DNA from: Rhodospirillaceae bacterium
GTDB lineage: Bacteria; Pseudomonadota; Alphaproteobacteria; Rhodospirillales; UBA2165
Assembly: GCA_018649725.1 (NCBI GenBank)
Contig: JABIHH010000052.1
Span: 37,406 to 101,405 of the forward strand
DNA length: 64,000 nucleotides
Direction of reading: 5' to 3'
The notes beneath the pieces were generated by a model. It saw nothing but the letters and a program-made list of their open reading frames with translations. It was not told the origin of the DNA and did not search any database. The position numbers and the translations under genes were made by a program. Positions 38,320 through 47,572 of this stretch are shown in pieces (the stretch's first letter is position 1; each line of letters starts with the position of its first letter).

Positions 38320-38364
38320 ATCGTTAACATTGTAAAAAATACACTAGGTGTACTTTTTATACAT

Positions 38365-39627
38365 ATGAGTAATGGACACATGCCGCGCTTGCTGCTTCTC
38401 ATTCCATCGACATCGTACCGGGTGAGTGACTTTGTCACGGCGGCACACCGGCTGGGAGTCGATGTGACGATCGGCTCCAATGAACGCCAGGTTTTAGAAG
38501 CGCTTTCGGACGGTGGCAGCGTCACCATTGATTTTTCGAACCCCGATCAAGCGGTTGCCGAGATTGAAGTATTTCACAACAACCATCCCCTCAGAGCCGT
38601 CGTCGCGGTCGATGATGTTACCAGCGTCATAGCGGCCAAGGCTTCAGAGCAGCTTGGCTTTCGCCATAATGATCCGGCTGCCGTGCAGGCCACTGGCAAT
38701 AAATTGCTGTTGCGGGAGATTTTGTCGCACGCTGATCTTGCCTCGCCCAATTTTCGGCGCATTGCACTAGAAGACGGTCCAACGCCAATGGCTCAACAAA
38801 CAGACTATCCTTGCGTACTCAAGCCGCTCAATTTGTCGGCCAGCCAAGGCGTCATCCGCGCCAACGATCCGGCAGAGTTTATCGCCGCTTTCGAGCGTAT
38901 CAAGACCCTGGTCACTGACATTGGTGAAAAAGTCCCGCACAAACAGGCTGCGGAAATTTTAATCGAAGACTATATCGATGGCGAAGAAGTCGCTCTCGAA
39001 GGATTAATGGTCGAAGGCAAGCTAACCATGTTGGCTCTATTCGACAAACCCGATCCTTTGGAAGGCCCCTATTTCGAGGAAACCATCTATGTGACGCCGT
39101 CACGGAAATCTTTGGAACTTCAAGACTCTATTCGAAACATGGCAGAACAAGCCGCTAATGCCATTGGTCTGCATGAAGGCCCTCTCCATGTCGAACTTCG
39201 CGTTAAACCCGATGCCCGGGGTAGCAATGAAGCCGGTCCTTGGATCATTGAGATGGCCGCGCGCTCAATTGGCGGGCTATGTTCTAGGAGTTTGCAATTC
39301 GGTGACGACTTAACCCTCGAAGATATTATTTTGCGCCATGCGATGGGGGAGCCGGTCGTACCGGACCGCGAAGAAAAAGCTTCCGGCGTTATGATGATCC
39401 CGATTCCCAAAGCCGGCATTTTGGAACGCGTCGACGGTACGCTGGATGCACAAGCCGTCACCGGCATCACCGACCTCACCATTAGCATCGCGACCGGTCA
39501 AAAAGTCGTGCCACTGCCAGAGGGTAATAAGTATTTAGGGTTTATTTTTGCTAAAGCGGATAAGCCTGAAGACGTTGAGGCCGCTCTGCGGGCCGCTCAT
39601 GCAAAACTTGAAATCATCATCGCTTAA
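38365..39627 (+). CDS. ATP-grasp domain protein (L-amino-acid-ligase/carboxylate-amine ligase type)
   Basis: YPCVLKPLNLSASQGVIRA (ATP-grasp K loop), EDYIDGEEVALEG, LHVELR, and EMAARSIGG, which is typical of LAL-type ATP-grasp enzymes. Confidence 0.8.
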   Translation: MSNGHMPRLLLLIPSTSYRVSDFVTAAHRLGVDVTIGSNERQVLEALSDGGSVTIDFSNPDQAVAEIEVFHNNHPLRAVVAVDDVTSVIAAKASEQLGFRHNDPAAVQATGNKLLLREILSHADLASPNFRRIALEDGPTPMAQQTDYPCVLKPLNLSASQGVIRANDPAEFIAAFERIKTLVTDIGEKVPHKQAAEILIEDYIDGEEVALEGLMVEGKLTMLALFDKPDPLEGPYFEETIYVTPSRKSLELQDSIRNMAEQAANAIGLHEGPLHVELRVKPDARGSNEAGPWIIEMAARSIGGLCSRSLQFGDDLTLEDIILRHAMGEPVVPDREEKASGVMMIPIPKAGILERVDGTLDAQAVTGITDLTISIATGQKVVPLPEGNKYLGFIFAKADKPEDVEAALRAAHAKLEIIIA

Positions 39628-40667
39628 GAACAAATCTCGGCAAACAGATCAGCGGCGCGGCTCACTCCTGCCTCATCAACATCCAGATGCGTCACTGCCC
39701 GCATGCTCGTTGGGTTCATCGCACCCATGCGAACACCCCCAGCCAGCAAACGCTCTGAAATTTCAGGCGCAGATAAAGCCGCCTCACCAACGTCGATGAT
39801 TAAAATATTGGTCTCGACTGTCAGCGGGTCAATTTTTACGCCTGGAATTTGTGCCAGCCGGGTCGCTAGAGTGCGGGCATTGGCGTGATCGATGGCCAGT
39901 CGGTCGACATTATGATCCAACGCATACAGCCCGGCGGCTGCCAAAACACCTGATTGCCGCATCGAGCCGCCGAGGCGCTGCTTCCACGGCCAGGCCTGCT
40001 CGATAAAGTCTTTGGTGCCCGCAATCACGCCGCCGATTGGACAGCCGAGCCCTTTCGAAAGATCAATCCACACCGTATCGACGGTTGCCGCGTAATCTTT
40101 GGCAGAGACACCGCTTGCAACAACCGCATTGAGCAGACGCGCGCCGTCCATATGGCTGACAAGATTGTGCTCGGCGGCCAATTCCTTGAGCGATTGCAAT
40201 ACTGCCAACGGCCAAATACTACCACCGCCCAAATTGGCCGTCTGCTCGACGGCGATCATCTTTGAGCTTGGTGCATGACGAAAGCCGGCCCGCAAAGCTT
40301 CCCTAGCCTGCTCAAGCGTATACTGGCCACGTATACCATCCAGAGGCTTAATCATGGCGCGGGCAATTACCGCCGGACCGCCTGCTTCAAAATTAATGAT
40401 ATGCGCCGTCTTGTCGGCAATGATTTCATCGCCCGGCTGACATTGCACCGCCATCGCGATTTGGTTGCACATTGTGCCGGACGGCACGAACAGAGCAGCC
40501 TCTTTACCGAGCAAATCGGCAACACGCTCTTGCAGTGCCAGCGTGGTCGGATCTTCACCCGCCTGCTCATCACCGCATTCAGCCTGCATCATCGCATCAA
40601 GCATGGCCTGGCTTGGTTTAGTTTTGGTGTCGCTAAACAACTCGATTTCTATTGTGCTCATATCCAA
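39624..40667 (-). CDS. ltaE: low-specificity L-threonine aldolase (beta-eliminating lyase family, PLP)
   Basis: DTKTKPSQAMLDAM...GDEQAGEDPT start and the PLP-lysine context DLSKGLG. 347 aa. Convergent with the ATP-grasp gene with a 4-bp overlap. Confidence 0.85.
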   Translation of the reverse strand: MDMSTIEIELFSDTKTKPSQAMLDAMMQAECGDEQAGEDPTTLALQERVADLLGKEAALFVPSGTMCNQIAMAVQCQPGDEIIADKTAHIINFEAGGPAVIARAMIKPLDGIRGQYTLEQAREALRAGFRHAPSSKMIAVEQTANLGGGSIWPLAVLQSLKELAAEHNLVSHMDGARLLNAVVASGVSAKDYAATVDTVWIDLSKGLGCPIGGVIAGTKDFIEQAWPWKQRLGGSMRQSGVLAAAGLYALDHNVDRLAIDHANARTLATRLAQIPGVKIDPLTVETNILIIDVGEAALSAPEISERLLAGGVRMGAMNPTSMRAVTHLDVDEAGVSRAADLFAEICS

Positions 40668-40721
40668 CTCGACATTGATGAAACCTTTGCATCTTTCTGC
40701 CCGATTTTATACTCTCCGTCT

Positions 40722-41357
40722 ATGCGTTATCCAAAAATACTCATTGCAGCAGGATTGCTAATCTTGCTAGTCGGTGCCTTGTTCATTCGCCATCAGGAAG
40801 CGGGTTACATCGCATATTTAAACGGAAATTTTAAAACTGCCGAGGCTGAATTCATAAAACGTGCAGAAAATGGTGGCATGTGGGAGGCCTATCTCGTTGG
40901 CTCAATGAACGAAAACCCAACCTTCCGCGTGAGGAATCTGGCTCAAGCAAGCAAAGCTTATTTAAACAGTGCTGAGCTTGGAAATGTCGCCGGTGCGATG
41001 AAATATATTCTATTTATCAATCACTCCGCTCACCGCAATATAGATTGCACGACATTAAACAGACTGACCGAAAGGGCGATCCAAACTCATCATTTTGTTG
41101 CCGTCCACACAATGGAGCGCCGATTTCTCAGGAATAGTTGCAGCAAGCTCGATAAACTCAAAAGCCTGCAATACACCAAATGGGCAGGAGAATTAGAACC
41201 GCAATATGGGTCTAATTTTCATCGTGAATATCAGAACCTGACTACCGTAGAACGCAAGAAATTTGACGGTACAAAACTCCAAAAGCCGTCCCGTATCAGT
41301 GATGCCGAATTTTTAAAATTCTTCTTTGCGACACTCGCGCAGATCAAGCCAGCCTAA
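40722..41357 (+). CDS. membrane-anchored hypothetical protein, possibly Sel1-like repeat
   Basis: ATG 40722 gives MRYPKILIAAGLLILLVGALFI (a single TM or signal anchor). Weak Sel1-like A..y...AE.GN..A motifs follow. The ORF-track N-terminal extension (from 40275) is antisense to ltaE and is rejected. The gene looks AT-rich by eye. Confidence 0.55.
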   Translation: MRYPKILIAAGLLILLVGALFIRHQEAGYIAYLNGNFKTAEAEFIKRAENGGMWEAYLVGSMNENPTFRVRNLAQASKAYLNSAELGNVAGAMKYILFINHSAHRNIDCTTLNRLTERAIQTHHFVAVHTMERRFLRNSCSKLDKLKSLQYTKWAGELEPQYGSNFHREYQNLTTVERKKFDGTKLQKPSRISDAEFLKFFFATLAQIKPA

Positions 41358-41358
41358 A

Positions 41359-42009
41359 TTACTTTCTCTTCTCAACTGAATTGATGTGATGCCACAGCAG
41401 CCTGGCCGCAACGCTTCGCCAGGGTCGCCAGGCCTCTGCCATTTCAATCAGTGCGTCACGTGGAGGCCGTTCTTTCAGGCCTTTCAGATGCATCAGGCCT
41501 TTGACCACGCCCAAATCATCAACCGGCCAGAGATCCGGCCGGCGCAGGGCAAATAAGAGATAGACTTCTGCCGACCAGCGCCCAATTCCTTTCAGCTTAA
41601 TCATTTCCTCAATGGCAGCCTCATCTTCCATCCGGGCAACCCGTCTGAAACTAAACTCCCCGCTCTGAATTGCTTCAGCGATACCAAGCGCATAATTCAT
41701 CTTCTGACCGCTCAAGCCCACCGCACGCAATTTCTCCGGCCCTAGCCTTAGAACCGTTTCAGGCCGCATCGGGTTTTCAATGGCATCCAGACGCCCACCA
41801 ATTGCACGCGCCGCAGAGGTAGAAACCTGCTGGCCGCAAATGACTTTGAGTATGGTGCTATAACCGGATGATCTCGAGCGCAGACCGGGCAGACCAATAT
41901 CTTTGACCAGCCGGGCAAAGTCTTTGTCCCGCTTACCCAACTCCCTGGCCCCTTCGGCAAAAGTTATTTTTGTGATTTTCATAGACATGCGCCACGATAG
42001 CGATGCCAT
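41359..42009 (-). CDS. DNA-3-methyladenine glycosylase II family protein (HhH-GPD, AlkA-like)
   Basis: The HhH-GPD region LKGIGRWSAEVYLLFALRRPDLWPVDDLGV carries the catalytic Asp context. The real start is probably an internal ATG at 41988 or 41982. Confidence 0.85.
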   Translation of the reverse strand: MASLSWRMSMKITKITFAEGARELGKRDKDFARLVKDIGLPGLRSRSSGYSTILKVICGQQVSTSAARAIGGRLDAIENPMRPETVLRLGPEKLRAVGLSGQKMNYALGIAEAIQSGEFSFRRVARMEDEAAIEEMIKLKGIGRWSAEVYLLFALRRPDLWPVDDLGVVKGLMHLKGLKERPPRDALIEMAEAWRPWRSVAARLLWHHINSVEKRK

Positions 42010-42111
42010 CGGGCGGGAACAATATAGAAAATGACGTGCCTGAAAATTAAATGTAAACTATCCCAAATTATTATCACCTATCTCATCACCTAAATCTCTG
42101 GGGAGGCCATT

Positions 42112-42903
42112 GTGCTCGTCGAACAAATCTGGACCGAAAACAACTATCGTAATTTTAACTATCTCATAGCTTGTCCGGAAACTGGTGAAGCCATGGCGAT
42201 TGATCCGCTCGATTCTGAGAAATGTCTGGCAGCGGCTAAAAATCGCGGGTGGGAAATTACCCAGATTCTTAACACCCACCACCACCACGACCATATCGAT
42301 GGCAATCAGGCGGTTGTTGATGCGACCGGGGCAAAAGTCATCGCTCATGCCGAGGCGAGCGATCAAATTCCGGGCATGGATATCGGGCTCAAGGCTGGAG
42401 ATGTCGTTAAAGTCGGTAAATCAGTCGACCTCGAAGCACTCGACACCCCTGGCCATACCATGAGCCATATCTGCCTGCTGTCGCAAACTGATGTCCCGGC
42501 GCTCTTTGCCGGTGATACGATGTTCAATGCCGGGGCTGGTAATTGCAAAGGCGGCGGCCATCCGGACGCGCTTTATTCAACTTTTAGCGGCCAGCTTGCC
42601 GGTCTGCCGGACCACACCTTGATCTATCCTGGCCATGACTATCTGGTCAACAATCTCCAATTCACGCTCGACCGTGAGCCTGACAATGAAAAAGCGAAAA
42701 GCCTGCTCGATACATTGGAGAATTATGATCCGCACCAGCCGATGGTGACGAATCTCGGGTTGGAAAAGGAAGTGAACACCTTCTTCCGGCTCGGCAGTGA
42801 CAGCGTCATCGCTCAACTGCGAGACAGCTTTTCAGATCTCCCGGAAGAGCTGGATGAGAAAACCGTCTTTCTGAAATTACGCGAACTTAGAAACGACTGG
42901 TAG
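42112..42903 (+). CDS. gloB: hydroxyacylglutathione hydrolase (glyoxalase II)
   Basis: Metallo-beta-lactamase motif THHHHDHIDGN, TPGHTMSHI, C-terminal HAGH_C-like region. GTG start. Confidence 0.9.
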   Translation: MLVEQIWTENNYRNFNYLIACPETGEAMAIDPLDSEKCLAAAKNRGWEITQILNTHHHHDHIDGNQAVVDATGAKVIAHAEASDQIPGMDIGLKAGDVVKVGKSVDLEALDTPGHTMSHICLLSQTDVPALFAGDTMFNAGAGNCKGGGHPDALYSTFSGQLAGLPDHTLIYPGHDYLVNNLQFTLDREPDNEKAKSLLDTLENYDPHQPMVTNLGLEKEVNTFFRLGSDSVIAQLRDSFSDLPEELDEKTVFLKLRELRNDW

Positions 42904-44139
42904 TTATTCCGCCGGTTGAGCCGCAGTACTGGTCCGGGCATAACGCCCGGCTGCCAGTGCTGTGACAATTGCGAAGAACATGAAAACAGCCGCACCATAA
43001 TAGATGCCGGTGATTTCACCTGAGTCCATAATTCGGCCAAAGATGATTGGCCCAACCATACCGCCAAAGCCAAAGCCCGAGTTTACGAAGCCAAAAGCTT
43101 TCCCTGCATTGCCTTTTGGCGTCACGGCCCGCACCAAGACATCGCGGGACGGCATCACAATGCCGGTCATGAAGCCGGCTATAATTAAAGCCACTGCAGC
43201 CCATAAAAACGGCAAGAAATTTAACGCCACGATGACGGTCATAATAATGCCCGCGAGGTAGCCGACACTAGCCACCAACTCCAAGCGCTGGACTTTATCG
43301 GCAATATATCCGCCCACCAAAACACCGGCTGAGATAGCGGCCATATAAATAAAGAGCACATGGTTCGCGGTCGACAATTCGATGCCATACATGTCCGGCA
43401 AAGCCGAGGGTGAAAACTGCTGGACACCATTGCCTGCCAAGGCGACGGCAATATAGAAAAAAAACAAGATTAGAATAGGCGGAAATTTAATGAATTCCAT
43501 CACGCCCATGGACTGAGAAGCTTGCTGGTTTTTTGCCTCGGCATGCGGCGCTTCATCTTCGCCGATCAACAAATCTTTATTGAACAGCAATATCAGCGTC
43601 ATAATCAGACCCAAAACGCCGGCAATGACCAGCGCGTTCTGCCAACTTGACGCTACCCGAAGCGAATCAACAACAACCGGGGCTGCGGCAAAGCCGGCGA
43701 AGCCTGCAAAAGCATGGGTCGCATAAGCGCGCCCCGATCTTTTGGGCGCAACTGAAGCGGTTAAAACCACGAAATCGGCTGGATGAAAAACACTATCCCC
43801 CCACCCTGCAATCAACGCTAGGCCAACCATCACCCAATAAATCGGGATCAATCCCATCAGCACAAATACCGATGAGACCGTCAACATGCCCAGGATCAAT
43901 ATCCATCTAGGGCCGTATTTATCCGCCAGAACCCCCATCGGATATTGACCGGAAAAAGAGCCAACCGCATAGACAGAGACGATCACACCGAGCTCTGTAA
44001 AGGTGAGATGCAGATCTTCTTTCATCGCCAGAAAAAGCGGTGGCAGAGCCAACAGATAAAAATGTGAAAAGAAGTGGGCTGCGGAAATTAGATGAACGAC
44101 TTTGCGCTCTTTTTTCCGCTCCGCTTTTTCGGCGTCCAT
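42904..44139 (-). CDS. MFS transporter (co-transcribed with LVIVD paralog 1)
   Basis: 411 aa, 12 TM segments, GVLADKYGPRW loop motif. It starts 14 nt after the upstream LVIVD gene stop. Confidence 0.85.
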   Translation of the reverse strand: MDAEKAERKKERKVVHLISAAHFFSHFYLLALPPLFLAMKEDLHLTFTELGVIVSVYAVGSFSGQYPMGVLADKYGPRWILILGMLTVSSVFVLMGLIPIYWVMVGLALIAGWGDSVFHPADFVVLTASVAPKRSGRAYATHAFAGFAGFAAAPVVVDSLRVASSWQNALVIAGVLGLIMTLILLFNKDLLIGEDEAPHAEAKNQQASQSMGVMEFIKFPPILILFFFYIAVALAGNGVQQFSPSALPDMYGIELSTANHVLFIYMAAISAGVLVGGYIADKVQRLELVASVGYLAGIIMTVIVALNFLPFLWAAVALIIAGFMTGIVMPSRDVLVRAVTPKGNAGKAFGFVNSGFGFGGMVGPIIFGRIMDSGEITGIYYGAAVFMFFAIVTALAAGRYARTSTAAQPAE

Positions 44140-44153
44140 AAATCGTTCCTAAT

Positions 44154-45455
44154 TCAACCGGTGAATTCCAAGATATCGAAACCTTTGTCACGGTCGAACA
44201 GATAAATCAAACCCCGTTCGTCAACTTCACAATCATTACTTTGCGGTGCTGCGAAGCCGGCGCGAGGCTCCGGCATGAAATAGCCAACCTCTTCCGGGCG
44301 AGATGGATTGGCGACATCGACAATGCGCAAACCGCCGGCAAACCAAGTCGCACAGACCACACTGCTTTCAAGGTGATCGGTGAACTGATGAGCGCCAAAG
44401 CGAGCGCCGGGCGTCCGCGACCATGGGCAATCCATCTCGGAAACATGGTAAGAGCCAAGCCCTTGAATGTTGTTAAAATCCGTCACATCGAAGGTCCAAA
44501 GATTGGCCGGTGCCTGACCATTGCCAGGAACGCGAGTGTGCTCCTCATCAACGACAACAGCTATGCGGCGGTCATTGATCAACTGAGGGACCGGCAAAAT
44601 CGTATGCGTGGGTTCCCGCACCATCGGATGATAAGTGTGCTCTGCCATTGTCGTCGGCTTGGTGATATCGGAGACATCGATCACTCGAAAGCCCGCTTGC
44701 CAGACAGCCGCCCACATCTCATCACCAACCCGCAAAGCATGATGCAGGCGATGGCTATAACGCGTCCAAGTCGGTGTCTCGCCGCCCGCCAGATGCTGAC
44801 CCGGCATATGCCAGCGCGACACTTCGGTTGGATTGGTAGGATCTGCTAGATCATAGATCACTAAGATGTTGCCGATATAGCCTTCCATCTCGGTCGAGAT
44901 ATAAGCGTAGTTTTCGTCCATATCGAAACGATGGGTGCCAAAACCATGAGTCTTCACATGGGCAAGCTCTTTGGGATTGGTTGGATCAGAAATATCCCAG
45001 GTTTTGAAGCCGCCATCGGTATAGAAGCCCTCTTCCTGGGCCGCGATCATTTCGGGAAGCACATCAATTTTAACGCCTAGCGCTGCGGCAACGCCGGCAT
45101 CTGACGCATCTTTACCTTCGGCTTCGAGCATTACGCGGGTTTCAGGGATACGCGAGCCGGCGCGTAAAACATGGCGGTTATTTTGCTCAACATTGGTGAT
45201 CATGATATCACCGGCCACCCGCACTTTATGAGTATGTGACTTATCGTCACCCAACTTGCTCTGCCAGACAATCTTTGGGTTTTTCGGGTCAGCGACATTA
45301 ATAATGGTCGTGCCATCACGCGGCTTCATATGACCGACATAGGCATAATCGCCCTGGACGACGACTTGGCCGCCGCCAATAAGATCGAGCGAGCCAAGCT
45401 TGGTAATGTTGTGAGCTATGTCGCCGCCGCGATACTCCAATTGTGAATCTGGCAT
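44154..45455 (-). CDS. LVIVD repeat beta-propeller protein, paralog 1 (no signal peptide)
   Basis: Repeated hydrophobic-[IV]-[IVF]-D-[IV]-[SA]-[DN]-P units (TIINVADPKNP, LVIYDLADPTNP, FRVIDVSDITKP, LRIVDVANPSRP). ATG 45455 is preceded by GGGGAGA; the track's upstream extension is rejected. Confidence 0.8.
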   Translation of the reverse strand: MPDSQLEYRGGDIAHNITKLGSLDLIGGGQVVVQGDYAYVGHMKPRDGTTIINVADPKNPKIVWQSKLGDDKSHTHKVRVAGDIMITNVEQNNRHVLRAGSRIPETRVMLEAEGKDASDAGVAAALGVKIDVLPEMIAAQEEGFYTDGGFKTWDISDPTNPKELAHVKTHGFGTHRFDMDENYAYISTEMEGYIGNILVIYDLADPTNPTEVSRWHMPGQHLAGGETPTWTRYSHRLHHALRVGDEMWAAVWQAGFRVIDVSDITKPTTMAEHTYHPMVREPTHTILPVPQLINDRRIAVVVDEEHTRVPGNGQAPANLWTFDVTDFNNIQGLGSYHVSEMDCPWSRTPGARFGAHQFTDHLESSVVCATWFAGGLRIVDVANPSRPEEVGYFMPEPRAGFAAPQSNDCEVDERGLIYLFDRDKGFDILEFTG

Positions 45456-45545
45456 GTTTATCTCCCCGTTTTTGTATTTTATTGAGTGACAGATTACGCT
45501 GTTAGCGCCAAACTGCAAGCCTGAGAAATATGGGGAAATTGAGAA

Positions 45546-46253
45546 ATGGCGAGTGACGAGATTAAAATATTAAGCGCTGGTGCACCAAAATCTGCAGTCG
45601 CCGGTTGCGCCGATGCATTCAGCGAAAAGACCGGTATTCCAATTTGGTACGAGTTCGCCACAGCCCCGATGTTGAAGGAAATTGTCGGCTCTGGCGACTG
45701 TGAAGCAGACATCGTGGTGGCACCCGTCGCAACCTCTCAAGCCTTTGCCGAAGCCGGGCATACTCTTGCCGAGAGCGGCCCTGTCTTAGGCTCCGTCAAA
45801 GCAGCGGTGACGATCAAGAGCGGTGCCACCGAGCCCGACCTCAGCTCAGCCGATACCCTCAAACAAGCCCTCCTCGGCGCCGAGTCCATCGTCTACAATG
45901 AGGCATCGAGCGGTCAATACATCCACACCATGATCGAGCAAATGGGCATTACCGACGCCGTCGCGGACAAGGTCACTCGAACCAAGACCGGCTCAGCCGT
46001 AATGGAACACCTACACGCGAGTTCCCTCACCAATGAGATCGGCTTCGGGCAAGCAACCGAGATTCAAGTTCAGATCAATAAAGGCCTGGATGTCAAACTC
46101 CTCGGCACGCTGCCCAAGGAAGTCGAAAAAATCTCAACCTATAACGCCTCTTTGCTAAGCGCTTCCGCTGACAATCAAGCCGCCAAAGACCTGCTTGAAT
46201 TCATCGCCTCAGACGAAGGTCAGGCCATTTGCAAAGCTACTGGATTGATATAA
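45546..46253 (+). CDS. ModA-like periplasmic-binding-protein-fold protein lacking a signal peptide
   Basis: 235 aa. It begins directly with the first beta-strand (IKILSAGAPKSAV...) of a type II PBP (molybdate/anion-binding-like) with no hydrophobic leader. Confidence 0.65.
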   Translation: MASDEIKILSAGAPKSAVAGCADAFSEKTGIPIWYEFATAPMLKEIVGSGDCEADIVVAPVATSQAFAEAGHTLAESGPVLGSVKAAVTIKSGATEPDLSSADTLKQALLGAESIVYNEASSGQYIHTMIEQMGITDAVADKVTRTKTGSAVMEHLHASSLTNEIGFGQATEIQVQINKGLDVKLLGTLPKEVEKISTYNASLLSASADNQAAKDLLEFIASDEGQAICKATGLI

Positions 46254-46297
46254 AACGGTTTTTCCGCCTATTTAACGACTGTCGTTAAATTAATCAT

Positions 46298-47572
46298 TTA
46301 GCCCTGCCATTCAAGAATATCTAACCCGTTGAAGCGGTCGACGAGGAAGATGGTGCCGTTGTCGGTGACGAAGACGTCGTTGCTTTGCGGCGAGGCGTTA
46401 CCGTCAACCGGTGCTGGCATGAAGTGGCCGACCTCTTGGGGAGTGTAAGGATCAGCGACATCGATGACGCGGAGGCCGCCATTGAACCAGGTGGCGAAAA
46501 TGAGCGTGCCGATGGGTTTCTCATGAAATTGATGCGCACCGAAACGCCCGCCTTTGCGAGCATACGGGCTGTCGAGCTCGCTTAAAACAAATATTGAGAT
46601 CGGTTTAAGCTGGGTCTCATCCGTCACATCAAACACCCAGAGGCCGGCGGGCGGTTGCCCCGTAACCTGGCCGTGCTGCTCATCCACCCCGACGGCGATT
46701 TTCATACCAGCCACGTCTTGATCGAGCGGCATCAACGTGTGTGCCGGCTCAATGAAAGGTGGATTGGTATCATAGGTGCAGATGGTTTTGGGATTGGTAA
46801 TGTCAGACACATCGATCAGCCAGTAGCCGCCATGCCACGCCGCTGCCCAAATGCGATCGCCAAAGCGGAGCCCGTGATGGAGACGGCGATGATCCGCGTT
46901 CCAGTAAGGCTTCTCGCCCGCTGAAATTTTCTGGCCGGGCATCCACCAATGCGACACCTCTTTCGGATCACTCGGATCCGCGCAATCATAGATCACCAGA
47001 ATATTGCCCTGATAGCCGGGCATCTCGGTCGAGATATAGGCGTAGTTCTCATCGACATCAAAACGGTGGGTGCCGAAGCCGCCGGTGCGGACATGCTTGA
47101 GAAGTTTAGGCGCGGCTTTGTCTTTAATGTCATAGACCTTAAAGCCGCCGTCGTGATAGCCCTGCTTACTGGCGGCATCCAAAACCGCAACCTCAGACTC
47201 GCGGATATTCATCTCAGCTGCGACATTCGCATCCGTTGGCTCTTTGCCAGCGGCGGTCAAACTTACACGGATTGCCGGAATGCCATCGCCGCGGCGCATG
47301 TAGTGGCGGTTAAACTGCTCGACATTGGTATACATGATGTCGCCCACCACCCGTGCCTTGTGGGTATGGGATGCCTCTCCCTTGAGCATGATTTGCGAGA
47401 CGATTTTCGGGTTTTTTAAATCCGATATGTCGAGGATCGTCGTCCCGTGCGGCGGATCCATATGGCCGATATAAGCGTGGTTACCAACGACCTCGACCTG
47501 CCCCGCGCCGGGCAAATCGAGATGAGAAATACGCGTTACGTTTTCAGCAATATCTTTATCCGTAGGGGTCAT
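46298..47572 (-). CDS. LVIVD repeat beta-propeller protein, paralog 2 (no signal peptide)
   Basis: Collinear with paralog 1, with long identical blocks (SHTHK, GFGTHRFD.DENYAYISTEM.GY.GNILVIYD, RFGAHQF, ATWF.GGLR..DVA.P). The start at 47572 overlaps the tctA stop by 17 nt. Confidence 0.8.
   Translation of the reverse strand: MTPTDKDIAENVTRISHLDLPGAGQVEVVGNHAYIGHMDPPHGTTILDISDLKNPKIVSQIMLKGEASHTHKARVVGDIMYTNVEQFNRHYMRRGDGIPAIRVSLTAAGKEPTDANVAAEMNIRESEVAVLDAASKQGYHDGGFKVYDIKDKAAPKLLKHVRTGGFGTHRFDVDENYAYISTEMPGYQGNILVIYDCADPSDPKEVSHWWMPGQKISAGEKPYWNADHRRLHHGLRFGDRIWAAAWHGGYWLIDVSDITNPKTICTYDTNPPFIEPAHTLMPLDQDVAGMKIAVGVDEQHGQVTGQPPAGLWVFDVTDETQLKPISIFVLSELDSPYARKGGRFGAHQFHEKPIGTLIFATWFNGGLRVIDVADPYTPQEVGHFMPAPVDGNASPQSNDVFVTDNGTIFLVDRFNGLDILEWQG

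Noticed and set aside
38340-38352. TACACTAGGTGTA palindrome plus T-run between the rSAM and ATP-grasp genes as an intrinsic terminator
   Set aside because: The stem is only 5 bp and AT-rich with a 3-nt loop, which is too weak to call. It may be a minor attenuator or operator, but I cannot support either.
40275-40721. N-terminal 149 codons of the 360-aa ORF-track protein
   Set aside because: This part is antisense to ltaE and has shadow-like composition. The plausible gene starts at ATG 40722 with a TM anchor.
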